A stretch of 64,000 nucleotides of DNA from Eledone cirrhosa (Eukaryota): positions 317,502,001-317,566,000 of the forward strand of contig OZ024741.1 in the NCBI GenBank assembly GCA_964016885.1. Reading direction: 5' to 3'. Of this stretch, positions 41,010 through 51,830 are shown piece by piece. How positions within the stretch are numbered: the stretch's first letter is position 1; the number at the start of each line of letters is the position of its first letter. Under the pieces are notes generated by a model that was not told the DNA's origin, did no database searches, and saw only the letters and a list, made by a program, of their open reading frames with translations. The position numbers and the translations under genes are program-made.

Positions 41010-42411
41010 TGTGGGTATGGTGTGGCGTGCAGTGGCCGGAAGCTGGGGAGTGCTCGACCGGAAGAGTGCTTGACCGGAAGGGTGCTTGGCCGGAAGGGTG
41101 CTCGGCCGGAAGGGCCAGCAGATCGGCCTCTCTCTAGTGGTGACCAGGAACGGTGTGGACGCGAGTTTTGGCAGCTCCCGGTGTTAATAAGTTGGACGCA
41201 CGTAGAAGAGGAGAAACCAGCAATAGGATTTAGCGGCGCCTATGAAAAGCGGTAAGTGAGATAGCTTTTTCTAACCACAAGCTATTTCGGCACTGGAAAC
41301 TGAGATCTGATTGAAAAAAAAAAAAAAAAAAAAAGAAAGCTACTGGAAAAACAGAGAGGAGTCTGTTGTTTTTTTTATCACGTACCGCAAGACAAATTAG
41401 GATATGGCGATGAGACTACAAACGAGCGAAGCGATTAGGGCATTTACCGGTGAAGGCGATGTTGTCGCTTGGCTGCGAAAAGTCCGGCTGGTCGCAAGCT
41501 TACAAAAGATAGAAGATGTGGCTGGCCTCATGGCACTGTACCTCAAGGGGACGCGTTGGTACTCTTCCTTGAGTTGGATGAACACAGCCAAAGAGATGCT
41601 CAAATGATTGAGAGGCGCATGATGGAAGCGTTCGCAGAGGGACCGTTAGCCGGTTTTGCTAAGCTGGCAAGAATTAGATGGAACGGTGAACACGTGGACA
41701 TTTTCGCAGCGGAAATACAGCGATTGGCCATGTTGGCTGGATATCAGGTGGAATGCGAACGCACGGTGCGGTTGGCGTTCATAAATGGATTTCCAGACGA
41801 CATAGCGGTGAAACTGCTGCAAGTCCCGGGTTACAAAGAAATGGAAATGTGTTCACTGGTGGAACAACCCCAGATCATAGCAGATGCCAAGAAGAGTGTC
41901 GCGGCGATAGCAACTACAGAGGCTCGAGACAGCTGGCAGCGAAATGGTGAAAGGGAGGCAACCACGACACGCGGTCGCCCGCGAACGTTTAGAGGTCGCT
42001 GCTTTAGGTGCCAGGGCCCGCACATGGCTAGAGACTGTAGAGGGTCAAGGCCGGAAATAATATGCTACCGGTGTAAGCGACCAGGCCACGTCGCTACTAA
42101 CTGCGACCAGGGAAATTGATCCTTGAGATCAGGGGGGGGCGTGTGGGTATGGCGTGGCGTGTGGTGGCCGGAAGCTGGGGAGTGCTTGACCGGAAGAGTG
42201 CTTGACCAGAAGGGTGCTTGGCCGGAAGGGTGCTCAACCGGAAGGGCCAGCAGATCGGCCTCTCTCTAGTGGTGACCAGGAACGGTGTGGACGCGAGTTT
42301 TGGCAGCTCCCGGTGTTAATGAGTTGCACGCACGTGGAAGAGGAGAAACCAGCAATGGGATTTAGCGGCGCCTATGAAAAGCGGTAAGTGAGATAGATTT
42401 TTCTAACCACA
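41010..42411 (+). mobile_element. 1402-bp non-autonomous Gypsy-like LTR retrotransposon (LTRs 41010-41279 and 42142-42411), gag only
   Basis: Two 270-bp TG...CA LTRs, G-rich polypurine tract at 42131-42139, and an internal gag; no pol. Confidence 0.93.
41404..42119 (+). pseudogene. gag: gag with one frameshift near 41548 and two zinc knuckles
   Basis: MAMRLQ..FTGEGDVVAWLRK..LYLKG continues in another frame as DALVLFLEL..AFINGFP..CFRCQGPHMARDC..CYRCKRPGHVATNC. Confidence 0.88.
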
Positions 42412-43329
42412 TATGCAGGTTTAGTCCAACACCCTAACCATTAGGCCACATGCCTTCACATATATAAACCAAGACTGCCAAAACGTTTAAGCAATACAGC
42501 CTCTTCAAAGGGTTCTGAAGCAAGTTTAACTTTGGCCAAATTTTTGAGTTTCTCATTAGTAATAGATTTGCTGAGGCTATAAAACTATTAAGTCGGCGAT
42601 ATCGTTGACAATTTTTCTTTACCTGCATAACACAAATGACATAAGTTAAGGGAAATAATTTGATGCATTCAGAAACACCTTCAATTACATCCAACCCATG
42701 GTAAATCAAAAAAGGATCAACTGACGAAATAAATATTAAGTATCGGCGAGGGAGAGGTCTTAAACAATAGATCCCAAATAAAATTTTTAAATAAACAGCG
42801 AAGATTTCTCGCCAGATTCACCAGTAGAGACACGTCAGAGTTAAGATTAGGAATAGAGTTGAGGTTCACTAAGGTTGAGGTTTCCTTGTCGGTGCACGTG
42901 TGCGTGTAGACGGATGGGCAGGCGTTTGACAGCGGAGAATGCGGAATGAATCCATTGATCTCAGGAGATATTTACATTTTTTTATTCCGACATTCATTGT
43001 CAATGACATCCGAGCAAGGAAACCTCTGCGTATATACACTACAACAAAAAATATCGGTGTTGCCTTCTAAAATGTTTTGAAAAGAGCCAAGACACTCATG
43101 GCATAGCCGCATATGATAGCGTGGCTAGGACACTGGAATAACCAAGCACCCTCTCGAACATCACCTGATGCTTCGGTAAAACGACCTGCCAACAATAACA
43201 AGTACCTCGTTGTCAACGACACAGCTCCCCTCCGAACGTCTCCAATTTACTGTGAATTTTAACAACACTGAAACGCAATAACATTTTATAAACACATTAA
43301 ATCCAGTTAAAGTTGGATGTATAAAAAAT

Positions 43330-43630
43330 ACTTACTGATGGTTTTCATAGCAGATGATGCGAATATATGAGATTTAGGTGGAGCAGTACAATATTTTAAG
43401 ACCTAACCTACAGTATCATTCAAGCGGGAAAAATGTATAATGACACCGAAAAAAAATGACAGCTCTATTCCGGAAGTACAAATTTCGAGGTAAATATTCC
43501 AACCTATAATATATATATATATAGAGAGAGAGAGAGGGGGGGGGGGAGTTGGGCGAGAGCGAGCCCGGAATATTTACCTGGAAACTTTCGGAATAGAATA
43601 GTCACCTTTACGGTGTCGTTTAATATACAT
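43330..43630 (-). promoter_or_regulatory. Putative promoter/non-coding first exon of the 13-finger ZNF gene
   Basis: Minus-strand donor CA|GTAAGT at 43330-43335, ETS-type CCGGAAGT at 43470-43477, and locally higher CpG. Linkage to the gene is inferred only. Confidence 0.4.
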
Positions 43631-43779
43631 ATGTATATATTCTTATTGAAAGCAACAGTTTCGTACTCGTGGTTTTAACTGACAAGTATAAACAGCATTC
43701 TTTGAATGATAAATTGAGTAATACAATTTCTTGTAATATATTGTATTTTGCTTGTTCGTTCACTTATTCCTAGAGAGAG

Positions 43780-44790
43780 TCGAGTCGTGGGAGCAGAATC
43801 CTCAAACACTCTTTCCAACGGGTCATGTCAGAAGCAACCGTTTCCAACTAATCCGGCTGGATCCCCAAGTGTGACCAGCCTAGCTCATCCATGTTATCCA
43901 GCCTTCTTGTTCAGGTCTACCACTGGATCCAGAAGAATCCCATTTCGGCCGCTTGTATTCGCGGTCGTATTATTTTGGTCATTACCAACTTGCTCGGGGT
44001 CTGTCTCTGGGTCACCTGGTTTTGCCCGTAAAATATATCCAGCGATTCTTTCTTGTAACATTCTAACCACATGTCTATAATATCGGAGATGTGATCTCTC
44101 AATTCGGAGAAGTAGCGGCGCTACCTGGAGTGACCCTCTGATCTTCGAACTACACACTCTATCGAGTAACGTTACTCCAAACACTCTTCGGAGGAACTCT
44201 ATTTCGGCCGCTTGTATTCGCGATCGTATTCTTTTGGTCACTACCCAAGATTTATGACCTTAGGTATGGGTTGGCACGAATACAGAATTGAAGATAGTGG
44301 ATTTTACACCTGCTTCCTTTCTTCTAATTACCGAATGCTGAAGATGGCGCATTACTGCACCAGCGCCTGTAATTCTTGCATTTAATTCAGCTCCCTGCTT
44401 TCCATCACTCGTGGACTTGAACTTTTCCACCTGCATTCACGTGTAGAGTGCACTGCTCAGGCTTCCTTGAGAAGACGAGTGTCTCAGTTCTCGCAACACT
44501 GATTTTCATTCCAGTCATGCAGCACTCGGCATCAAACCTATCAAGTGCAAGTTGGAATCACCTTCTGTCGAGTTGATTAAGACCATGTTGTCTGCAAATT
44601 CCAGCTGACTTGTTTTACACCCGCTTGTCGTGATGCCACTTCCAACTCGGTTGTACATGTCAATCCATTCATGAAAATAATGAAGGAGAGGTGACAGTAC
44701 GCACCCTTGGCGGAGTCCGACTCCCACATCGAATGGTTTTAGTTTAGTACCATTTATCCGAACACAAATATTAGGGCATTTATATAGTCA
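43780..44790 (-). mobile_element. RTE-like LINE, decayed 3' part of RT
   Basis: GLRQGCVLSPLL, LEFADNMVL, RIQAAEIEFLRRVFGVTLLDRV and LRYYRHVVRM motifs. Confidence 0.85.
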
Positions 44791-47354
44791 TCAGGGGCAT
44801 TCAAAAATTATAAGAGGGAAACTCGCATTTTACGGGCATTGTATTGTGTTATTCGTGGATTGGTGGAGGAAAACTAACGGCACTAAGTCTAGCGACGCCA
44901 CGACGTAAACTGTGGTATACTGCCGTTTCTGACTACGCCACTGCGTAAACTGATTTCACTGCTATTTCTAGCGGTTCTAAAACTGCGTAGTTAACCTCCA
45001 TGGGCTAACTCAAGTGAGGTAATTTCAATCTGTAACTTATTTTTTAAATGTAAGAGTTGTTTCCCTTGTTCAAATTTAACGGTGAAGAAATGTTTCATAA
45101 TCATAAGGCTCTGATCCCTTTCTCCCCAGAAAGTTACCTGCACATCAGGTAAGTTCTTACAGTTATGTGACAGGCTGGACAGATCAGGAGAACTATGACT
45201 GCTCATGAAGTTAATATGCAAGTGGTTGAGCTTTCCATGGACATGTGTACCCTTAACATAATTCCCAGGGAGATTCAGCATGTGACAAACTTGACCCTTT
45301 GAATTACAAGTATAGTCCATCCAATGGGTTTCCAAAGTTTCCCTCTAACCTATTTTATTCACAAGCCATGGGTTGACCCAAGGCTACAGTAAGGCTACAC
45401 TTACTAAAGATGCCATCCAGTAGGATTGAACCTGGGGCCTAATTATTGCAAACCATTTGACCATGCTGCATCCACATTCAAGATACTGCTGATCCATCTT
45501 TTCCCTGCAGCAGAGCAAACAAACTATGGGTTATAAACTATGCAGAGCTAGTGATGTAACATTTTTTAGACTTTATTTTTAAACCTGCATATTGTACTCC
45601 AGCATGGCTGCAGACTGAAACCAGTAAAAGAAAAGAATGAAAGATGCTTCAATTTGATGGGTTTTTACACTCTGCAAATTGTTTTTTGCTGTCCATAATT
45701 TTCCTTGCACTTTGGTCTTAAGGTCATTAATTCTTTTGTTACTTTATTTCTAATATAATATACTGCTAATGTAATCATCATCAATTTATGTTTGCTTTCC
45801 ATGCTGATATGGGTTGGATGGGTTGTTACGGTCTGAGACGAAATGTGTCAGAGAGATCTCATCTTGCTCATACCTGCCATATTTGGTCATGGTTTCTACA
45901 GCCAGATGCTTGTCCTAACACCAAATGTATTTCAATTAATTATGAAAAAAAAGTTTTTTAAGTTGGAGAAATTTAGTAAAATAATTTTGTTATCATTAAG
46001 CTGTTGTTTGTGGAATAACTTAGCAAAATGTTCTTATTGAAAATTATGATGGAATGTTTTAATATAAATATAAACAATTTAAAATGGGCAGTTTTGTATC
46101 ATAGAACCAGAGGCCATTTCAGGCAAGTTGGTATCAAAAGGGTTAAATCCTTTTTCAGCTGTTTCCCTTCCTTTTCTGTCAATACAGAGAGGAAAAGCTT
46201 GTCCAATATATTCTTTTACTTGTCATTTAATAATCATGTAACCAGCATATCACATTGCAAAACCAATCTTTGTTCTTCCTTCCTGCATTTTCCAATGAGG
46301 TAGCTTCATAAAGTTTTTGGCTAAAATGTGAGAATGGATCATTAGTTTGTGTAAGATCAATAAAAACCAAAGTTTATATTACTATCTCTGGATGGTGCTT
46401 AAGAATCTCCCCATCACCATGATAAGGAGGAGAAGCAACCAATATATCAATCCAACTCCAGGCAGATTTACAATGACATACTTTCCAGGTGGCCAAGCCT
46501 TTATGCTTCCCACCTCCCCATCACCACACGACTTTAGCACAGATTTATTGACTGCTGTTCTTCTAAAAAGTTCCTGTGTGATAAATTAATTATAGTGAAT
46601 GAGGCACAGAACTACATTCACTTTTCAAATAGAACAGCTTTCCTACCAATCACCTAGAGCTAGTAAGAATGACCATAAATTGAACAACCCTCAGCTTATA
46701 ACCAGAATAACTTTCTTCTAAGGCAGCATATTGGCAGAGTCCTTAGAATATTGGATAGAATGCTTTATGGTATTTATTCCAGCTCACTGTGCTCTGAGTT
46801 CAAGTCCTTCCAAGGTCAACTTTGCCTTTCATCTTTTTGAGGTTGATAAAAAAAAGTACAAGTCAAGTACTGGGGGGGGGGGGGGCTTTTTCCTCTCTCT
46901 CTCTGAAAGATTGGCTGTGTCTCAACCTGAAGAGGAATGGGCTTTGCCAGGTTTAAATTGGAATTTTGCAACCCAACTCAAAATGCAAAGAACTACAAAA
47001 AATTAAATCCATGGTTCTAAAGACTCTGATAATTTTCTACCTAAAACAAAAACAATAATATGATAATATATACGAAAATTAGTCCTTTTTATTCAACTGA
47101 TCAATAGGAAAGGCAGTTTGTTCAGACTAAAATCAATAAATGTGAATTAATTAGAACCAACACTTTACTTACGTAACAGCTGAAATAAAACAACCATGTC
47201 TACAGTTGTCAAAATAGAAGCAGCATCACAGGAATAGTTCTAGAATTTCTCATTTCCGAAACAAAGGTATTAATATCAATGTTAGAGTAAGTGTTATGAA
47301 ATATCATTTTATGTCCAATTTTCTATGTTTGCATGAGTTGGATAAAACCCAGAG

Positions 47355-47601
47355 TTTAGCCCGGTTTCATTGGCGTTAAGCAACTGAGAGTACAAGACCC
47401 TCCCCCCTAGACGAGGCACCAGTCCATCACAGGATTAACTCCCAGTTGCCACTGGTACTCATTTTCAGCTGAGTAAACTGGAACAATATGAAATGAAGTG
47501 TCTTCCTCAAGGAAACAATACAGCTCCCAGTCTGAGAAATGAACACACAACCTTATTTATGATTATGAGTCAACACCCTAACCACTAAGCCACATGCCTT
47601 C
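47355..47601 (-). mobile_element. tRNA-derived SINE (same family as 20212-20490)
   Basis: Reverse complement begins GAAGGCATGTGGCTTAGTGGTTAGGGTGTTG and is collinear with the copy at 20212. Confidence 0.8.
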
Positions 47602-47714
47602 AGAATTAAGCCAAAGTATCTACGAATAATAAAGCTCTAGCCATTTCTACTATTGATATAATTAAGATATAAACATTGACATTTTACAAAATTTCTATAA
47701 ACACAGCCTTGCAA

Positions 47715-49313
47715 CTACTTAGAGTTTGATTGAATTTCTTTCCTCACATCATAGGAGTTCATATTCTTTCCTTTACTAATATCTGCAGATGACAACTTTT
47801 GTTTTTTCAACTTCCCTTCATGGGAATATACAGCAGAAATATTTTTCCCAGGTGTATTCCAAGCGGCCGCCATAGGAAATCCACGCGGCCAATTGTAGGT
47901 ATTTTCCCAGCCTTGGGTCATCTGATGCAAAAAAGAAGGTGCCATTATTACCGGAGGAATAGTTGGTACCTGCTGAAATCTAAGAGATGACGACTGTATT
48001 TCTTTGCGGCTGTCATCTCCAAGAGAAGAACTTCGTCCATGAGTGTTTATATGTGATGATGTACGTAAAAGAGATGAATTGCTTTGAGATTTTGAATGTA
48101 CAGATGATGAATTGGCCCATTTTGAATTGGCAGAAGAAGAAGAAGATGATTGTGGTTTATGAAGGAATGCTGAAGTTGCTGGTTCTTTCTGACATTGCTC
48201 GGCTGAAGAAGCAGCCTGTATAAGTTCTTGGTCTTCTCCAAGCTGCCTGGATTTGGGTTCATGGTTTTTGGAATGATGAGTTAATGAATTAGATGAAGAC
48301 AATGAAGCAGATTTCTGAGAGGTTTTCACCTGACTTTTATCTGTTGTGTGAGTATGTTCATGGTTTTTTAATGTGCCCCTCTGGGAGAATGATTTCGAGC
48401 AGTAAACACACTGGAAAGGTTTTTCTCCAGAGTGAACTCTTTCATGGTTTCGTAAATTTGTTCTTTGTGAGAAAGCTTTTGAACACATGGAACAACTAAA
48501 TGGCTTTTCTCCAGTATGAACTCGTTCATGACTACGAAGTTCATTATGCTGAGTAAATGAACGAGCACACACGATACACACAAAAGGTTTTTCTCCTGTG
48601 TGTATTCTTATATGATTACGCAAATTAGTGAGTTGAGTGAAAGCTTTAGGACAAAAATGACATTGGTATGGTCTAATGCCTGTATGGACACGCTCATGTG
48701 ACCGTAGCTCATTCTGTTGACAAAAAGATCGACGGCAGATTAAACATGTGTAAGGTTTTTCACCAGTATGTGTTCGCTCATGACTACGAACATTTGTTCG
48801 CTGTGAAAAGGCTTTACGACAATACATACAGTTGAAAGGCTTCTCACCTGAATGGACACGTTCATGGCTTTTCAAATAAGTTCTTCGAGCAAAAGTCTTT
48901 GAACAATGAACGCACTTGTGGGCTTTTGGATTGTTATAGCAGCTTGCTGAGCAGTTGCGAGCTCGAGGCTGGTCACTGCAGCATTCACTGGAATAATTTG
49001 TGTTTTCAGTCTCACTTTCTGAATTTCTTAATGTCTCATTAACACCTTGAGATGAAACGGGTTGGGGGAAATTCTTTCGATAGGATGCATAGCTTTCACT
49101 CGTTGAAGTCGGTGTTGTTGAAGTAGGCTGCTCAAGGGAATTCATATTGGGCTGTGTTGGAAATGTCGGTTGGCTTGTATAGTTGAACTGTTTTTCACTA
49201 GAGCTGTCAAAATAGTCCTCAGATCTCACCAAATCTTCTTGTGTGAAAGCTTTCCCAGTAATATCGAAAATGTATTTGTTACCAACTGAATACATAGATG
49301 GTATTGTATACAT
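47715..49313 (-). CDS. C2H2 zinc-finger protein (~532 aa) with 7 central fingers and Ser/Thr-rich flanks
   Basis: Intact ORF (first ATG 49313) with seven CxxC-x12-HxxxH fingers and (S/T)GEKP linkers. Candidate upstream acceptor at ~49610; the true start is uncertain. Confidence 0.92.
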   Translation of the reverse strand: MYTIPSMYSVGNKYIFDITGKAFTQEDLVRSEDYFDSSSEKQFNYTSQPTFPTQPNMNSLEQPTSTTPTSTSESYASYRKNFPQPVSSQGVNETLRNSESETENTNYSSECCSDQPRARNCSASCYNNPKAHKCVHCSKTFARRTYLKSHERVHSGEKPFNCMYCRKAFSQRTNVRSHERTHTGEKPYTCLICRRSFCQQNELRSHERVHTGIRPYQCHFCPKAFTQLTNLRNHIRIHTGEKPFVCIVCARSFTQHNELRSHERVHTGEKPFSCSMCSKAFSQRTNLRNHERVHSGEKPFQCVYCSKSFSQRGTLKNHEHTHTTDKSQVKTSQKSASLSSSNSLTHHSKNHEPKSRQLGEDQELIQAASSAEQCQKEPATSAFLHKPQSSSSSSANSKWANSSSVHSKSQSNSSLLRTSSHINTHGRSSSLGDDSRKEIQSSSLRFQQVPTIPPVIMAPSFLHQMTQGWENTYNWPRGFPMAAAWNTPGKNISAVYSHEGKLKKQKLSSADISKGKNMNSYDVRKEIQSNSK

Positions 49314-50244
49314 TATCAGGATTCGTTGGAAAACCTCCACAGAATTTCCCAGCAGAAAATTCTTGTTTTATTCTTAAACAGAATATATTTGGTAAGTATT
49401 TGTAATTTCATTTAAAACATTGACAAGTCATTCACATGTTATAAACATCACCGACACATTTTAAGTCTGCAAATCACAATGGGGATGAAATCATGGTGAG
49501 GAAAATGTAAGGCAATGACCATTGCTTCAATGAAATATGACAGATATAAAAGTGAACTGAACTTCCTTCCAAAAGGCAACCAAGAGTTGTCCATATTGTG
49601 AAAAGGAATCTGAAAAATATAAAAAATAAATAAATATGATTTCAAATATAAAATGACAGACAAGCCATAAAAAAGAAGCTGAAATATTAACCAAACTGCC
49701 CCTGGTTCACATCATCACCATATTACATATATTTTCCAGGTTGTCCCATTGTGAGGCTAGACCAGTCAAATGACTGCGTTTTGCTCATACATTCCATTCT
49801 GACATGATTTCTATGACCGAATACCATTCCTAATGCCAACCACTTCACAGCATATACCGCATTTGTTTTCTCATGGTATCACCTGACAGGGTGGACTAAA
49901 TGCTTTTTTTCGTGGTACCAGCACTAAAATTTTACAGTGTGGGCTGGCTACATTTTAAAGTGTTTATATTTATCTAAAACATTTCATCATATGTAACACT
50001 TTTTATTAAGTTGTACTCCAAACACTAACTTAATTCTTAACATCCAGTAAGGATTTAGCAAAAAATGTCTACAAATGGGTTTTTAATTGAAATGTTTATA
50101 GCATCTTTACTATTGGACAGATAGTTGTAGAAAATTTGCAGTAAACTAAAGTAAAGACTTTAATTTTTAATGTAATAGTTTGTACTTTTCAAGAATGTCT
50201 TGATAACATGATTTCATTTGGTATAGGACATTAAAAGTTAATGA

Positions 50245-50590
50245 TGAAAAAGTTAGTTATATTATTAAATTCCTTCATATTTTTTACTATTTTCTAAATT
50301 ATTTAAAACCCATAGAGAGTGTCTTTCATTGGGTAACAAAAAGGTTAAGCTATACTCCAGATACCAACTAAATAATAAGAAAGTTAGTTATATTATGAAA
50401 TCCTTCCAATTTCTTGATTATTTTCAAAAATATTTAAATACCATATAAGACTATGGTAACAAAAAGGTTAAGCTATACTGCAGATACCAACTTAATAATG
50501 AGAAAGTTAGTTATATTATTAAATCCATCCAAATTCTTAAATATTTTCAAAATTTGAAAATCATAGTCAATGTCTTTCATTAGGAATATG
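50245..50590. repeat. Three ~130-bp direct repeats containing a piggyBac-MITE-like end (GGTAACAAAAAGG-TTAA)
   Basis: AAAGTTAGTTATATTA recurs at ~50248, ~50380 and ~50503. Confidence 0.7.
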
Positions 50591-50714
50591 GCAATGAAGG
50601 GAGTATGATACTTGCATCAGTTGACATAAGTGATCTATACAATATCTTGTTCCCAGATTAGCAACTTTAGAAACAAAAACAGATTGTACAATGTTGCCAC
50701 CCAATGTGTAACAA

Positions 50715-50870
50715 CTAATGCCATAATGTCTCTATAGATCAACATTATTGTAGAGATTGCTACAGCCCAACAGATGTGCTATAATGTTTCTAGAGATCAA
50801 CATTATTGTAGAGATTGCTGCAGCCCAACAGAAGTGTCATAGTGTTTCTAAAGATCAACATTACTGAAGA
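50715..50870. repeat. ~59-bp tandem repeat, about 2.5 copies
   Basis: AGATCAACATTATTGTAGAGATTGCT..CAGCCCAACAGA repeated. Confidence 0.8.
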
Positions 50871-51750
50871 GTTCTTCAGTACTTTGTAGAATTAGAGAGT
50901 AAAATATCCAGGCCATTCTAGAAATATAGTGGATTGTCCAACTCATGAATTAATTTGTGAGTGGTTGAGTATTCCACATATATATTTACCCTTAATGTAA
51001 TTCTCAAACCGAATTAGTGTCACACTATTTGCAACAAAGCTGAACCTTTGAACCACATAATATTCATCTAACCAATTTCACTCAAACCTTGGGTTGACCT
51101 GAGGCTATGATAAAGATGCTTGCCTAAGATGACACAGTAGGATCAAACCCAAGACTCCATGATCGCAAAGTCAACTTCTTAATAACTGAGCCATGACTGC
51201 TTCTGAGATGAAATATAAACTGGTAGTGATGAGTACTTAAAGCATTAATTAGTATACACATGCAAGTGTTACATAAATCTAATATAAAGCTTCCTTCAGT
51301 CATAACTGACCATGAATTCCCATTTGGAAAGTTCCTCTGGGCAAGGTATTTTGTGAAAGACCAACAGTTTCCCACACTTTAGTCTTCCTTCACCACACCA
51401 CTAATGTTGTCCAAGAAAAAGGCAGGACATGATACAGCTTGGCATGTGTCATCAGAGGTGGCCTCACAACACAAAAGGCCAGAAAGCATCCATCATTCTA
51501 ACAACTCTGTCAATCTACTACTTCTGGACTGCTACTTCATTTAGGACACTAGACCTCGGTGCAATTTGTACACTGAGCACGAAGAGATAGATCAAATAGT
51601 ACAAAACATTTCATTTTGGCACTCTAACAACTCTGCCAATTTCACCGTCTACTGGCATATTGAATAAATAAACCGAAATACTCTGTACCATACAAACCTT
51701 AGTGGAGCGTCTATAAATCATGTCATTCATTCACAATGTATATATATATA

Positions 51751-51830
51751 CAGGGTGTCCCCCAAAAATGTATACGCACTTTCATTAAAATGCTGTTGAA
51801 GTGGACATACATTTTTAGGGGGACACCCTT
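51751..51830. mobile_element. 80-bp Tc1/mariner-type MITE
   Basis: TIRs CAGGGTGTCCCCCAAAAATGTAT / ATACATTTTTAGGGGGACACCCTT flanked by TA. Confidence 0.8.
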
